64,000 nt of DNA. Source: Squalus acanthias. Lineage: Eukaryota. The notes beneath the pieces are model-generated. The model worked only from the letters and a program-made list of their open reading frames with translations, searched no databases and had not been told where the DNA came from. Shown in pieces: positions 50,843 through 63,793 of the stretch (position 1 is the stretch's first letter; every line of letters starts with the position of its first letter). The stretch covers positions 143,036,001 through 143,100,000 of the forward strand of contig CM059432.1 of the NCBI GenBank assembly GCA_030390025.1, given 5' to 3'. A program made the translations under genes and the position numbers.

Positions 50843-53009
50843 GGGCTAGATATTTGGGGCCCTGAGCGCCACTCCACAGCGCCATGAAAGGGCACTAGAA
50901 CGGTGGCTGCTGCTCTTTTGCCATCTGCTGGTGGTTCCCGTGGCAGCTGCCGTTTACGTCCTTACCTTTGCCATGCTGTGGCGCTGTGGCGTAAATCGGC
51001 GTGCAACGCCGCCTTTACGTCACAAGCGTAAACTTCGACCCGAGCGTTGAATTCAGCGCTGGGTCTTAAGCACGCCAGGTTAACCTGGTGTGCAAGCAGG
51101 CTGACAGTGGTGATGTCTGCACCTCCTAAAGGGACACACACATCGTTCAGCTAAGTTTGGATTTAAGGTTTTGGACTGGGTTTTTTTGATTTTATTGAAG
51201 TGGTGGTTTGCTGCAATAGATGTGAGAAGTTTTTTTAAGTGTGCAGGGAGTGCTGCTGGACGCTTGCAAGGGCTCGGATGGTAAATGAAGGCCTTTGAGA
51301 AGACAAAACATGCTGCAAATACTCAGCGGGTCACACAACATCCGTGGCGAGATAAATAGAGTTCACGTCTCAGGTTGAGATGCTGCCTGGCCTGATGAGT
51401 ATTTCCAGGATTTTATGCAGTCATTTCACATTTACAGCACCCGCTTGCAGAGGGAAGAGGAAGACACAGAAGAGGAGGTAACAGACGGAAGGATGCATCC
51501 CAGACAACGTCTTTGTGGCCGGGATATTCGGGAGGTAATCATCCGCTAGCAGTCCCAGTGACCGCAACCCCAATTCCCCTTTCATCATTTGTCCTACACC
51601 TTACCTTCCCTCTGTTACTGACCATCACAGAGTCCTCTTGACCACAATGCTGAAATAAAAGCCACCACAAAGCAAACTTTCCAATCCATCTATATACAGT
51701 ACATCTATCCATCCAATGTGACATCAAGAAATTAACTCCTCACCCTTGTGCATTCCCTTAGTGACTGTCTTGTGTGTGCCTTTGCCTATCCTACTGATGT
51801 CACGCAGTGCTACCCTAGTGGCTGCAGCATGGCTGGTGGAAGGCTGCTGACTGTCAGTGGGGGACACTGCAAATGGCCTTGCTGGTCGACCTTGTGGAGC
51901 TGGTGGCTGGGAATGTTCAATCAATCTTCTTCTTCTTGTTCTTCTTCACTCTCCTCTCCCTCTTCTTGGTCACCCACTGGCTGGGCAGGCTGCATTTCTT
52001 GGGTGTGTGAATTGAGGAAGGCACAAGGGGTGGAGTTGTGGTGCGGGGAGGGTGGGAAAGCAAGAGGTGCATGCCAGAAGGAGGATAACGTATGGGGATA
52101 CCAGCATCTTCTATCCTTTCTGCCCCGCTGCTGGCCAAGGGCTCACCCATGCCCCAGCCAAAAATGACCAGCACCATCTTCTCCAAAGGAGAGAGGTGAA
52201 GCTAGGAATGGGAGATGTGCCTCGTGATTGGTGCAGATTGTTGGTAGGTGAGTGATTGGGGGTGGGAATCGTGCATTGAGCAGTGTGTGAGGCTAGTGAT
52301 TCAGTTGGTAGGAGACGGCTTTTGAAGATGCATTCACTGACCTTGACCAGTGGTCTGAGGTCATGAAGCTTCTTTGGGCACTGGAGCCAGGTGGTGGTGG
52401 GGGCGACACTGCTGGCAGTGACAGCCTCGGTGATCTGGTCCCACATCATTCTTTCTGGAGGGCCTCCTGGCCCCTGTGGGTCGAGGGCCGCTCTTGCGGT
52501 GCTGACCCCCTGCACAAAGCTGGAGTGCTGTGTGCAAAACCCTAGGTTCCCCTTCCCTGGCTTGCTGAGCCACTTGTGTTAGTGCTGAGGCAGTTTTCCC
52601 ACTTGTTGAGGTTAGGAAGGTAATTCAGCTTTAACAGCTGAATATTCACATTTGGAACTTCTTTTAAATATTGAATATTTCTTAAAAGGCAGAAAGGGCT
52701 GAAAGATGTATTGATTTATTGCATTTTAATGTGTATTGCTTCAGTGTGTGTGGCCCCTTTAATTCTCAGACCTCTTCATTGCCCACAATTCCTTGCGAGC
52801 TCCACAGCCTCGCTTTCAGAAGACGCCTCCGGTAATGCCACCAGGATGGCGTTGCACGGCAGGTAAGGGCTGCGGCAACAATCTCCATTCCACCCCACCC
52901 CCCCGCGGACGCATTTTGCTCCGTTAGCGTTGCGGCCATTTTCAGCAGCCGTTAACTCCAGTTGCTGGTGACACTGGCAACTTTACTGGCTAACATGGAT
53001 TTCTCCCCC
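50843..53009. mobile_element. Decayed PIF/Harbinger element with convergent transposase-end (+) and Myb/SANT (-) relics
   Basis: Minus 52330-52575: MAQQAREGEPR..MWDQITEAVTASSVAP..TWLQCPKKLHDL; plus ~51440-51560: acidic tract then RQRLCGRDIREVIIR like a Harbinger transposase C-terminus; GGG../..CCCCC ends imperfect. Confidence 0.68.
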
Positions 53010-53029
53010 TCTAACTCTCGTTAATCCTG

Positions 53030-53970
53030 GCTACTTTGTTCTTTTCCCCGAAGGGACCGCTCCCTCCGAGACACCCTAGTCCACTCCTCTATCACCCCCA
53101 ACACCCCTTCCCCTTCGCCCGGCACCTTCCCGTGCAAGCGCAGGAGATGCAACACATGCCCTTATACCTCCCCCCTTCCCACTGTCCAGGGCCCCAAACA
53201 CTCCTTCCAGGTGAAACAGCGATTTACTTGTACTTCTTGCAATTTAGTATACTGTATTCGCTGCTCACGATGCGGTCTCCTCTACATTGGGGAGACCAAA
53301 CGCAGATTGGGTGACCGCTTTGCGGAACACCTCCGTTCAGTCCGTAAGGGGGACCCCGAGCTGTCACTTTAATTCACCGCTCCACTCCCACTCAGACCTC
53401 ACCGTCCTCGGCCTCTTGCATTGTTCCACGGAAGCTCAGCGGAAGCTCGAGGAACAGCACCTCATCTTTCGATTAGGCACTTTACAGCCTTCTGGACTCA
53501 ACATCGAGTTCAGCAATTTCAGATCATAACCTCGGCCCCTATCACATATATATATATTTTTTATCCACACTCTTTGTCTGTCTTTTTTTCTCTCTCCCAC
53601 ATGGCAGCTGTCTTTCATTCTGCCAGCGTAATTTACACTTCATCTCGAGCCATCCTTTGTTTCTTAACCTGTCCCATTACCATCTCCTTTTGCCTTGAAT
53701 ATCTCTTAATGTCTCTTAACCTCTCCTGCCTTCCATCCCATCACAGACCTTCCCTTTTGTTCTTTCATCCCCTCCCCCCTTTCCCAGCCTCTACACTTGC
53801 TTAAAAATCTGTTCCATTTCCTGCTTTTTTTTCCAGTTCGGACGAAAGGTCATCGACCTGAAACGTTAACTCTGTTTCTCTCTTCACAGATGCTGCCTGA
53901 CCTGCTGAGTGTCTCCAGCATTCTCTGTTTTTATTTCAGATTTCCAGCATCCGCAGTATTTTCTTTTTGT
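53030..53970 (+). mobile_element. PLE family B 3' end (GIY-YIG and pLTR)
   Basis: GTFPCKRRRCNTCPY..FTCTSCNLVYCIRCSRCGLLYIGETKRRLGDRFAEHLRS, frameshift, then HFNS..EEQHLIFRLGTLQPSGLNIEF. Confidence 0.9.
53835..53871 (+). ncRNA. Minimal hammerhead ribozyme relic (U4>G core change)
   Basis: AGTT-CGGACGA-A-AGGTC(atc)GACCT-GAAA-CG-TT-AACT; stem I AGTT/AACT, palindromic ACGT. Confidence 0.7.
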
Positions 53971-54502
53971 TCTTTTCCTCCCCCCTCTTCTCAATCTGTG
54001 GCAGTGGCCCCACCCCCGCTGCTACCCTGCCTGAGATTAGTTGGCTCAGCGGGCACTGCGAATCCAACCAGAGATCTGATGGTTTAATTGGCTCAGTACT
54101 ACAGCATGCATCAGTGAGCTGTATGTAATGTTTTTGTGTGTCATAACCTGTGGCGCACATATCAGGGGTTATAAATCAACATGGCCCTTCTAGCAAGGCC
54201 ATAAAGAAAGCTAATGGAATACTGGGTTTTATAGCAAAGGTACAGAATAAAGGAGTCAAGATATAATGATAAATCTATATGAAATCATAGTAAGACCACA
54301 GTTGGAATACTGTGAGCAGTTTTGGGCCGCACGCTGTACAAGTGTTGTCCAATACATTAGCCACTAGCCAGACATGGCGAATAGTGAACCCAGACGTGGC
54401 TAATTGCATGTCTGATTAGTAAATAAACAATGAGTAACAGACACCGTCGTTGGGCCTGTGATCTCAATACTCACATTCGCACGGCGTGTGCATGTGAACT
54501 TT

Positions 54503-55340
54503 AGGATGGAATTTTGCCAGCCCTGGGGAGGCGGGTTTGGAGGCCGGACTGCCGGGAAAATGGCAGAATCTGGGGGCGGGTACCCATCCCGCCCCCCAAC
54601 CCGCCTCCGTGCCATCTTCCCAGGAGGTGGGTACCCGACCCGTGCTGGGAGCCACCTCCCCGAGGCGGGAAGGGGATTACAGCCACTTAACTGCCTGCTA
54701 ACAGGTAGTTAACAGGCAGTTAAGAGGATTATCCCCATTTTACCCCTGCAAGTGCGGGCTTCCCGATGTCGGGAAACCCTGCCAGGGTCACCGAGGCGAG
54801 CAGTGGGTCTGCGGGGGTCGGAGGGGTCCAAAAGTGCGCTGTGGAGGTGAGTGATGGGTGCAAGTGTGGAGAGGTGAGTATGTGAGGTGAGTGAAAAGTG
54901 TTAGAAAATGTTTACTTACCTTTGTTTCTTCCTGCAGGCTTCAACAGTTGGGGAACGGGCATCTCATCGGCAGAGATGACAGAATGTCTGCTGCATTCTC
55001 CGATGCAACAGCCATCTGATTTCAGCTCAGCAGATAGGTTTGATGAGTCTTGAATACAAGGACTCATCAAACTACAGAGAATGTCAGTGTTTGACAGCTT
55101 CACAGAGCTGTCAAACGATGCCAATTCATCTGTCAAAAATTTTTGACAGATGAAACGTCATACGCTGACGTTCTCTGTAACCGGCTTCCCTTTAATTGGC
55201 CTGCTAAGCCCGCTGGGCGGCTTAACAAGGTCAATCAAGGGAAAATAGCGTGGGTTGGCCAGTAGTCAATGGAGGCAGGACTGAAACCCAACAAGTGGGA
55301 GTCCTGCCCCCAAACGCTCCCCATTGGTAAAATCCAGCCC
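54503..55340 (-). mobile_element. Non-autonomous Harbinger-like element, inverted relative of 13092-13816
   Basis: Colinear reverse-complement similarity over most of its length; right end AAAATCCAGCCC. Confidence 0.78.
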
Positions 55341-55376
55341 ATTAACTCTGTTGGTAAAATGGTGAGAGGTAAAACA

Positions 55377-55492
55377 GGGTGGGTAGTTTTGACTTTGGGT
55401 GATGCAGTAGAACGGGCACTATCGATTAGGCTGCCCGTTATACATCTCTTCCTCTTTTCGTTTCCACTGGCCCAAAGTCAAAATTTAACCCC
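55377..55492. mobile_element. Short palindromic MITE, internally deleted
   Basis: TTTTGACTTTGGG..CCCAAAGTCAAAA arms; contains GCCCGTTATACATCTCTTCC. Confidence 0.7.
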
Positions 55493-56077
55493 GGGTGGAG
55501 CGAGTGTTTTTTGGATCGTTGTGTGCGCTTCACTTCCTCGCTTACTGCTTATTGGTTATCTGCTGAGATGGTGTGCAACGCGGGTGACATCACCAGATGT
55601 GGGCAGCACTGGCTGCACGCCTGAGTCATGATAAACAGCTTGCAGCACGAATATTGCGTGCTGCCTGGGACAACACCGACAGACTCGTGCAGTGCGCGCC
55701 CCATCCCCTGCCCGCCCGTTTTTTGGGCACTATTGAATTTCTAGGGCGTAGTCTCCAGGAGAGTCACTGGATAGCAATCAGGAACAGGAGCCCTGACGGA
55801 TTTCACCCCCCCCCCCCCCGCCCCAAGCCTCACAAGTGGCATCATTTCAATTTTGTCCTTTACACTCTCACCTGGCTTAAGGTCAGTTATCACAGCATGG
55901 ACTAGTGGTCAAAACTGGGCTGTAAAGCTCAGTACCACAGCACTTCTCTACTCAGATATCCTGCGCTCAAACTGGATATTTCAAATTTATTCTGCTGAAA
56001 TAACCTCTGTGCATAAGAATCACCGTTTGGCGAATCCTGTTGTAAGATTTGCAAACATAATGATTAACTGCAAGGAG

Positions 56078-56280
56078 AACATAGATACATAGAATCTTAT
56101 AGCACAGAAGGAGGCCATTCGGCCCATCGTGCCTGTGCCGGCTCTTTGAAAGAGCCTCTCCAATTAGCCCCACTCCCCCTGCTCTTTCCCCATAGCCCTG
56201 CAAATTTTTCCTTTTCAAATATATATCCAATCCCCTTTCGAAAGTTACTATTGAGTCTGCTTCCACCGCCCTTTCAGGGG
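56078..56280 (-). mobile_element. CR1 3' end whose continuation lies at 60230-60332
   Basis: Breaks at CCGCCCTTTCAGG and resumes at TATTCCAGATCATAAGAGCTCGCTGC (compare intact 56468-56515). Confidence 0.8.
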
Positions 56281-56281
56281 T

Positions 56282-59200
56282 CATAGAATCATAGAATGGT
56301 TACAGCACAGAAGGAGGCCATTCAGCCCATCGAACCCGCACTGACTCTCTGCAAGAGCACTTCAGCTAGTCCCACTCCCCCGCCCTTTCTCCATAGCCGG
56401 AAAAAAAAATTCTCCTTCAGGTACTTATCCAATTCCCTTCTGAAATCCACGATTGAATCTGCCTCCACCACCCTTTCAGGCAGCGCATTCCAGATCCTAA
56501 TCACTCGCTGCGTAAAAAAGTTTTTCCTCATGTCGCCTTTGGTTCTTCTGCCAATCACCTTAAATCTGTGTCCTCTGGTTCTCCACCCTTCTGCCAAGGG
56601 GAACAGTTTCTCTCTATCTACTCTGTCCAGATCCATCATGATTTTGAACACCTCTATCAAATCTCCTCTCAACCTTTTCTGCTCTAAGGAGAACAACCCC
56701 AACTTCTCCAGTCTATCCACGTAACTGAAGTCCCTCATCCCTGGAACCATTCTTGTAAATCTTTCCTGCACCCTCTCTTAGGCCTTCACATCCTTCCTAA
56801 AGTGTGGTGCCCAGAATTGGACACAATACTCCAGTTGAGGCCGAACTAGTGTTTTATAAAGGTTCATCATAACTTCCTTGCTTTTGTACTCTATACCTCT
56901 ATTTATGAAGCCCAGGATCCCGTATGCTTTTTTAACCGCTTTCTCAACCTGCCCTGCCACCTTCAACGATTTGTGTACATATACCCCTAGGTCTCTCTGT
57001 TCCTGCACCCCCTTTAGGATTGTACCCTTTAGTTTATATTGCCTCTCCTCGTTCTTCCTACCAAAATGTATCAGTTCTCACTTTTCTGCATTAAATTTCA
57101 TCTGCCACGTGTCCGCCCATTCCACCAGCCTGTCTATGTCCTCTTGAAGTCTATCACTATCCTCCTCACTGTTCACTATACTTCCAAGTTTAGTGTCAAC
57201 TGAAAATTTTGAAATTGTGCCCTGTATACCCAAGTTCAAGTCATTAATATATATCAAGAAAAGCAGTGGTCCTAGTACCGACACCTGAGGAACACCACTG
57301 TGTACCTTCCTCCAGTCCATTCACAAAAACAACCGTTCACCACTACTCTCTGTTTCCTGTCACTTCGCCAATTTCGTATCCATGCTGCCACTGTCCCTTT
57401 TATTCCATGGGCTTCAACTTTGCTGGCAAGCCTATCATGTGGCACTTTATCAAACGCCTTTTGGAAGTCCATGTACACCACATCAACCGCATTGCCCACA
57501 TCAACCCTCTCTGTTACCTCATCAAAAACTCAATCAAGTTAGTTAAACACGATTTGCCTTTAACAAATCTGTGCTGGCTTTCCTTAATTAATCCACACTT
57601 GTCCAAGTGACTGTTAATTTTGTCCCGGATTATCGTTTCTAAAAGCTTCCCCACTATCGAGGTTAAACTGACTGGCCTGTGTTGCTGGGTTTATCCTTAC
57701 ACCCTTTTTTGAACAATGGTGTAACATTTGCAATTCTTCAGTCCTCTGGCAACACCCTTGTATCTAAGGAGGATTGGAAGATTATGGCCAGTACCTATGC
57801 AATTTCCATCTTTACTTCCCTCAGCATCCTAGGATGCATCCCATCTGGTCCTGGTGACTTATCTACTTTAAGTACAGCCAGCCTTTCTAGTACCTACTCT
57901 TTATCAATTTTTATCCCATCCAGTATCTCAACTACCTCCTCCTTCACTATGACTTTGGCAGCATCTTCTTCCTTGGTAAAGACAGATGCAAAGTATTCAT
58001 TTAGTACCTCAGCCATGCCCTCTGCCTCCATGTGTAGGATCCATTTTGGACCCTAATCAGCCCCACCCCTCCTCTTACTACCCGTTTACTATTTATATGT
58101 CTATAGAAGACTTTTGGATTCCCATTTATATTAGCTGCCAATCTATTCTCATAGGGGGAAAAATTCGGTTGATTTGCATCTCCCATTAGCGCCCTAAGAG
58201 GGCGCTAACGGGACGCAAAGCAACTAGCGCCTGGGCGCGGCGCCGCTAACGCCTCCCTCAAAATTCAGCAGGAGGTTAGCGGCGGCGGTAATCGTTAGTG
58301 CCCCGCGGCGCTGCGCCTCCGCTGATGATGTCATCACCATGCGCAGTGCCCCGCTCGTGCCCCGGCCGCGATCTTCAGTAGCGCCCCCTGACTTACCGCC
58401 GGACGCTATGTCCAACAGGGTGAAGGGAGCCTACCTGCGGCCGGGGCGGCACAAATTAAAGGGGAGGTGTCGGACGGCCATTTTTGTTGCTGGCCGACTA
58501 CCAGCACCTGCTCCGTTGCTGTCCCCGGCCTCCTGTGCAGCCCCCCCACGGGGTGCAGGCTGCGCTCCGTGAGCCCAGCATTTCTCTCGAGTGCCGGGCT
58601 CTTTTGCCGGCACTCCAATCCCTGGTGGCCCAGCTGGGCCCCGGGTCGCGCTGCGCCCCCCCCCTTTAATAAGGGGAGGAAGGCCTGCAGTACCGCAGCG
58701 CAACATGCCGCAGTGCATGGCACTGCAGCATGTAGCGCTGTGATATTCACTCGCAGCGCCCCAAGAGGGAGGCGGGGTGCTTCCAGTAGTGCCCTGCCTC
58801 CCTCTTGGTGCGCTACCAGTAAATTTCGGGTGCAGGGGCGCTAACTTTTTCGGGGCGCTAAAAGTAGCGCTCTGGCGAAGTTAGAGCCCCAAAGGGAGCG
58901 TGACCCAATTTTGCCCCCATACTCTCTCTTTGCCCCTCTTATTTCCTTTTTCACTTCCCCTCTGAACTTTCTATATTCAGCCTGGTTCTCACTTATATTC
59001 TCAACCTAACATCTGTCATACACCCCCTTTTTCTGCTTCATCTTACTCTCTATCTCTTTCATCATCCAGGGAGCCCTGACTTTGGTTGCCCTACCTTTCC
59101 CCCTCATGGGAACATAGCTTGACTGTACCCGAACCATCTCCTCTTTAAAGGCAGCCCATTGTTCGATTACAGTTTTGACTGCCAATCTTTGATTCCAATT

Positions 59201-59778
59201 TACCTGGGCCAGATCCATTCTCAACCCACTGAAATTGGCCTTCCTCCAATTAAGTATTTTTATTCTAGATTGTTCCCTGTCCTTTTCCATAGCTAATCTA
59301 AACCTTATGATACAGTGATCACTGTTCCCTAAATGTTCCCCGACTGACACTTGCTCCACTTGACCCACCTCATTCCCCAGAACCAGATCCAGCAATGCCT
59401 CCTTCCTCGTTGGGCTGGAAACGTACTGATCAAGAAAGTTCTCCTGAACACACTTAAGAAATTCTTTCCCCTCTCTGCCCTTTACACTATTACTATCCCA
59501 GTCTATATTAGGATAGTTGAAGTCCCCCATTATCACTACTCTATATTTCTTGTACCTCTCTGTAATTTCCCTGCAAATTTGCTCCTCTATATCCTTCCCA
59601 CTAGTTGATGACCTATAGAATACACCTAGTAGTGTAATGGCACCTCTATTGTTTCTCAACTCTAACCAAATAGATTCTGTCCTTGACCCCTCCAGGACAT
59701 CCTCTCTCTCCAGACATGTAATATTCTCATTAATCAATACTGCCACCTCACCTCCTTTCTTTCTTTCCTTATCTTTCC
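56282..59778 (-). mobile_element. Long CR1 LINE ORF2 relic (APE endonuclease + RT + 3' UTR), frameshifted
   Basis: EN: GGEVAVLI..TESIWLEL..GVFYR..MGDFNYP..LLDLVL..GNSDH; RT: VYMDFQKAFDKVPH, SGVPQVSVLGPLLFLIYINDL, SKFSVDTK; CR1 tail (TTCTATGA)n. Confidence 0.96.
58154..58918. mobile_element. Non-autonomous PIF/Harbinger element inserted in the CR1
   Basis: TIR GGGGGAAAAATT/AATTTTGCCCCC; TSD ATA at 58151-58153 and 58919-58921; ends related to 45677-46569. Confidence 0.88.
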
Positions 59779-60229
59779 TGTGGTTCTGTTGGTGGTACAC
59801 TCATCTCTGAGTCAGAAAGTTGTGGGAACCTAGGGACCCAACCTAGGCTGACACTCCAGTGCAGTACTGAGGGAGTGCTGCACTGTCGGAGGTGCCGTCT
59901 TTCAGATGAGACGTTAAACCGAGGCCCCGACTGCTCTCTCAGGCGGACTCAAAAGATCCCAATGCACTATTTCGAAGAAGAGCAGGGGGAGTTCTCCCTG
60001 GTGTCCTGGGGCCAATATTTATCCCTCGACCAATGTCACTGAAACAGGTTATCTGGTCATTATCACATTGCTGTATGAGGGGTCTTGCTGTGCGCCCATG
60101 ACTTACCACGCTTCCTACATTACAACAATGGCCACACTTCAAAAGGACTTAATTGGCTGTAGTGTGCTTTAGGACGTCATGAGGTCATGATAAGTGCTAT
60201 ATAAACGCCAGTCTTTTTTTTCTTTCTTT
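59779..60229 (+). mobile_element. Deu-domain SINE
   Basis: Colinear with 23293-23750; T-rich tail. Confidence 0.88.
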
Positions 60230-61169
60230 GTATTCCAGATCATAAGAGCTCGCTGCATAATAAAAAAATTCTCCTCATTTCCCCTTTAGTTTTTCTGCCA
60301 ATTATCTTAAATCTGTGTCCTCTGGTTACTCACTAGTGAAGTGGTGGAAGGTTTCACAGGCTAGTTAACAGCCTGACAGGCCGTGATGTGAACATTCCTT
60401 CCGTGCATGTATGATTAGTCCTGCATGAGAGGGTTTTACAGGCTCCCATATCATTAGTGGGGGAGAACCAGCCCAGAAATTCAGAGCCAGAGTTTCAGTC
60501 TCCGCTCACTGGGACTGTCTGGAGTGGGGTTCAAACCCTGCACTTCCTGACTCAGAAGTGGGATTGTTGCCAATGAGCCGTAGGCTGGCTTCCCTCACTT
60601 CCCTTATTTGTGACCAACCTCGTAATGAAGAGGAATGGCTTCGCTCGTGTTTATGCGAAGAAAGCTCAAGATGAATGCGATGCTTTCTATTGAAATGAAT
60701 GAAAGCAAGGAGAGTTTGAGTCGCTGCCTCGCACACCCACAGCGTGCTTTTGACTGCCGCTTTCTCCAGTAAATCTTTTCATTTTATTTTAAATTTGCAA
60801 TAACAAAAATTCATAGACATTTTGTGGATGTTTCATAGTTCTACTCACTGATGTTGCTATAGTAACAGAATATTTTTTCCATGTTCTTATCAGTATTGTG
60901 CCTTTTTCAATTGCTGTCCTATTGCGACACCATAACAGAAGCATTTGAATCCCACTGTGGGCACAATGGCCTCGATTTTAACTCCCCCCCCAACTTTTGG
61001 AAACCAGGTGGGAAGGAGGTGGGCAGTTCAAATGTTGTGGGGAGAGGGGGGCCGGTGGTCACACACGTGGTTCCCACCACAGTCGGGACAACATGTGATT
61101 TTAAATTGTAGATCAGGGACTTGCACCCACAACCTTTTGACTCGGAGGCAAAGGCGCTGCCGCTGAGTG

Positions 61170-61600
61170 ACTGCTGTCACATACATCCAGGGAACGGAAG
61201 CCCCTCCTGTTGAGGGAGTTTTCTGCGGGAACCCCGTGAATCAACGTGGGCGCCGTCGATTGCACCCCGGCCCTTGGGAAACCCTGTGAAAGTGGATAGT
61301 TCAAGCTCACTTGCTGTGATGCCAAGCTGGTGAATTCCCAGCTCTCTGGAAAAGTATGTCAGTCGCCTAATGAAAGTGTGTCTGGGAGGCACGCTGATTG
61401 ATATTACAGAGATTCCCCCGTTGCCGCCTGAAATGACCGAGTGGAATAAAAGTTGAGTGCGACCATGACCTTCATAGCCACAGACAGAGCTGTGTGGACA
61501 AGTTGACTGTGGCTGCAGGTCTTCATGCAGTAGCTGGCACAGCTCCCTGACAGTCTCTTCCAATAACAATGTTCCAATACACAGATCCTCACTCATTCTT
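61170..61600 (-). pseudogene. PIF/Harbinger (HARBI1-like) DDE transposase relic
   Basis: Across frameshifts: EETVRELCQLLHEDLQPQ / TALSVAMKVMVALNFYSTRSFQAATG / GFPKGRGAIDGAHV / LNRRGFRSLDVCD, matching the family motifs GAIDCTH and NRKGFHSLN. Confidence 0.85.
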
Positions 61601-62539
61601 CATAGCGTCTGTGTTGCCTGTATGATTTTTTTTGAGTGGAGGGTAGTATCTTTTGGGGTGTATCCTCCCCAAATGCTGCCTCATTCTCCTTTCATCCATC
61701 CTCTCCTAGAATCGTACAGCACAGAAAGAGGCCATTCGGCCCATCATGCCCATCTCCTGCTCCCCCCCCCCCCACCACTCAATGATAATGGCATACAACG
61801 ACATGCCAAATGTGAATGACATACCTGCTCCTCAGAAGCTCAAACTGTCGGGAGGGAAGTGTGAGGTGAGAGGAGGGAGGTGGGGGCGGGGGTTCAGAAT
61901 CTCGTAGTGGCCTCACGCTCCCACAGGCTGTCCAGGCTCGATTCCAAAAAGAAGATCGCTCCAAAAACTCATTCCTAGCCACAGTAATCGCTACTCAAAC
62001 ACTCAACGGTCTTTGTGTTCAAAGTCTTTTCACTTTCACCCGTCTCAGCTCATCCTAGCAGCAGGCTGTCCCTGATAGTTCAAATTCTAACCTACACCTC
62101 CTACACTGCAAATACATACTATTTACAGCACGGAAACAGGCCTTTCGGCCCATCTGCTCTATGCTCCACATATCCCTCTTCATCTCACCCGCTCAGCATA
62201 TCCTTCTATTCCTTTCTCCCTCATGTGATCATCCAGCTTCCCCTTAAATGCATCAATGCTATTCGCCTCAAGCACTCTATGTGGTAGTGAGTTCTACACT
62301 CTCACCACTCTCTGGGTGAAGAAGTTTCTCCTGAATTCCCTATTGGATTTATTAGTGACTGTCTTATATTTATGGTCATGATGCAGAGATGCCGGTGTTG
62401 GACTGGGGTGGACAAAATTGAGAGGTCGCACAACACCAGGTTATAGTCCAACAGTTTTATTTGAAATCACAAGCTTTCGGCGCTATCGATTGCTCCTTCC
62501 TCAGGTGAAGTAAATTAGATACAGAATCGCCAAATCACG

Positions 62540-63421
62540 ATGCTCCACTTCTCCAGCTTCCACCCTAACCATGTTAAAGAAGCCATCCCCTATGGACAAG
62601 CCCTGCGAATACACAGGATCTGCTCAGACGAGGAGGAACGCGATGGACACCTACGGACGCTGAAAAACGCCCTCGTAAGAACGGGATATGACGCTCGACT
62701 CATCGATCGACAGTTCCGACGGGCCACAGCGAAAAATCGCATAGACCTCCTCAGAAGGCAAACACGGGACACAACCAACAGGGTACCCTACGTCGTCCAG
62801 TACTTCCCCGGAGCGGAGAAACTACGCCATGTTCTTCGCAGCCTTCAACATGTCATCGATGACGACAAACACCTCGCTAAGGCCATCCCCACGCCTCCAC
62901 TACTTGCCTTCAAACAGCCGCCTAACCTCAGAAGTACCATCGTTCGCAGCAAATTACCCAGCTTTCAGGATAACAGCGACCACGACACCACACAACCCTG
63001 CCATGGCAAACTCTGCAAGACATGCCAGATCATCAACACAGATACCACCATCACACGTGAGGACACTACCCACCAGGTACATGGTACATACTCATGTGAC
63101 TCGGCCAACGTTGTCTACCTCATACATTGCAGGAAAGAATGCACCGCGGCATGGTACATCGGCGAGACCATGCAGACACTGAGACAACGTATGAACGAGC
63201 ACCGCGCAACAATCGCCAGGCAGGATTGTTACCTCCCAGTCGGGGAACACTTCAGCAGTCAAGGACATTCAGCCTCGGATCTGCGGGTAAGCGTTCTCCA
63301 AGGCAACCTTAGAAACACACGACAACGCAAAATCATCGAGCAGAAACTGATAGCCAAGTTCCGCACTCATGAAGACGGTCTCAACCGGGATCTTGGGTTT
63401 ATGTCACGATACATGACGTGA
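62540..63421 (+). CDS. PLE ORF C-terminal part: RT thumb, Cys-rich linker and GIY-YIG endonuclease (5'-truncated; ATG is internal)
   Basis: 293 aa open: HFSSFHP..IPYGQALRIHRICS..PPNLR..CHGKLCKTC..NVVYLIHC..WYIGET..LRQRMNEH..VGEHF..EQKLI..GLN. Confidence 0.85.
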   Translation: MLHFSSFHPNHVKEAIPYGQALRIHRICSDEEERDGHLRTLKNALVRTGYDARLIDRQFRRATAKNRIDLLRRQTRDTTNRVPYVVQYFPGAEKLRHVLRSLQHVIDDDKHLAKAIPTPPLLAFKQPPNLRSTIVRSKLPSFQDNSDHDTTQPCHGKLCKTCQIINTDTTITREDTTHQVHGTYSCDSANVVYLIHCRKECTAAWYIGETMQTLRQRMNEHRATIARQDCYLPVGEHFSSQGHSASDLRVSVLQGNLRNTRQRKIIEQKLIAKFRTHEDGLNRDLGFMSRYMT

Positions 63422-63751
63422 TCCGGACTCGAGTCGTCGTTGGCTTGTTCACAGATGTGATTCCCAGTAAAAAAGTAAAAATTTTCCCAGTAAAAAAGTA
63501 AAAATTTTAAAGCTTTTCGTTTTACATACAGACGGCAGCTTTTGACACGTTAGAACCCCTGCGACTACACCTCATTGTCTCAGTTGTATCTTGCTATGTC
63601 TTTGATGTGGTACCTTCCTGGCTGACTTGATTAACTTTATCACACCTCGGCAGATAGTCAGGATGATTTAATTTAGTGGTCTGCAATTGTAAGGTACACA
63701 TGCTTTGTTCTCTATCTATATATGCTTTGGCGATTCTGTATCTAATTTACT

Positions 63752-63793
63752 TCACCTGAGGAAGGAGCAATCGATAGCTCCGAAAGCTTGTGA
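63752..63793 (+). ncRNA. Minimal type I hammerhead ribozyme in PLE pLTR
   Basis: TCAC-CTGAGGA-A-GGAGC(aatcgata)GCTCC-GAAA-GC-TT-GTGA; antisense copy ~62467-62508. Confidence 0.82.

Noticed and set aside
61170..61600. Host HARBI1 gene
   Set aside because: Multiple frameshifts and partial coverage indicate a transposon relic
63461..63508. 23-bp tandem duplication in the PLE 3' UTR
   Set aside because: Simple local slippage, absent from the other copy; no sign of function
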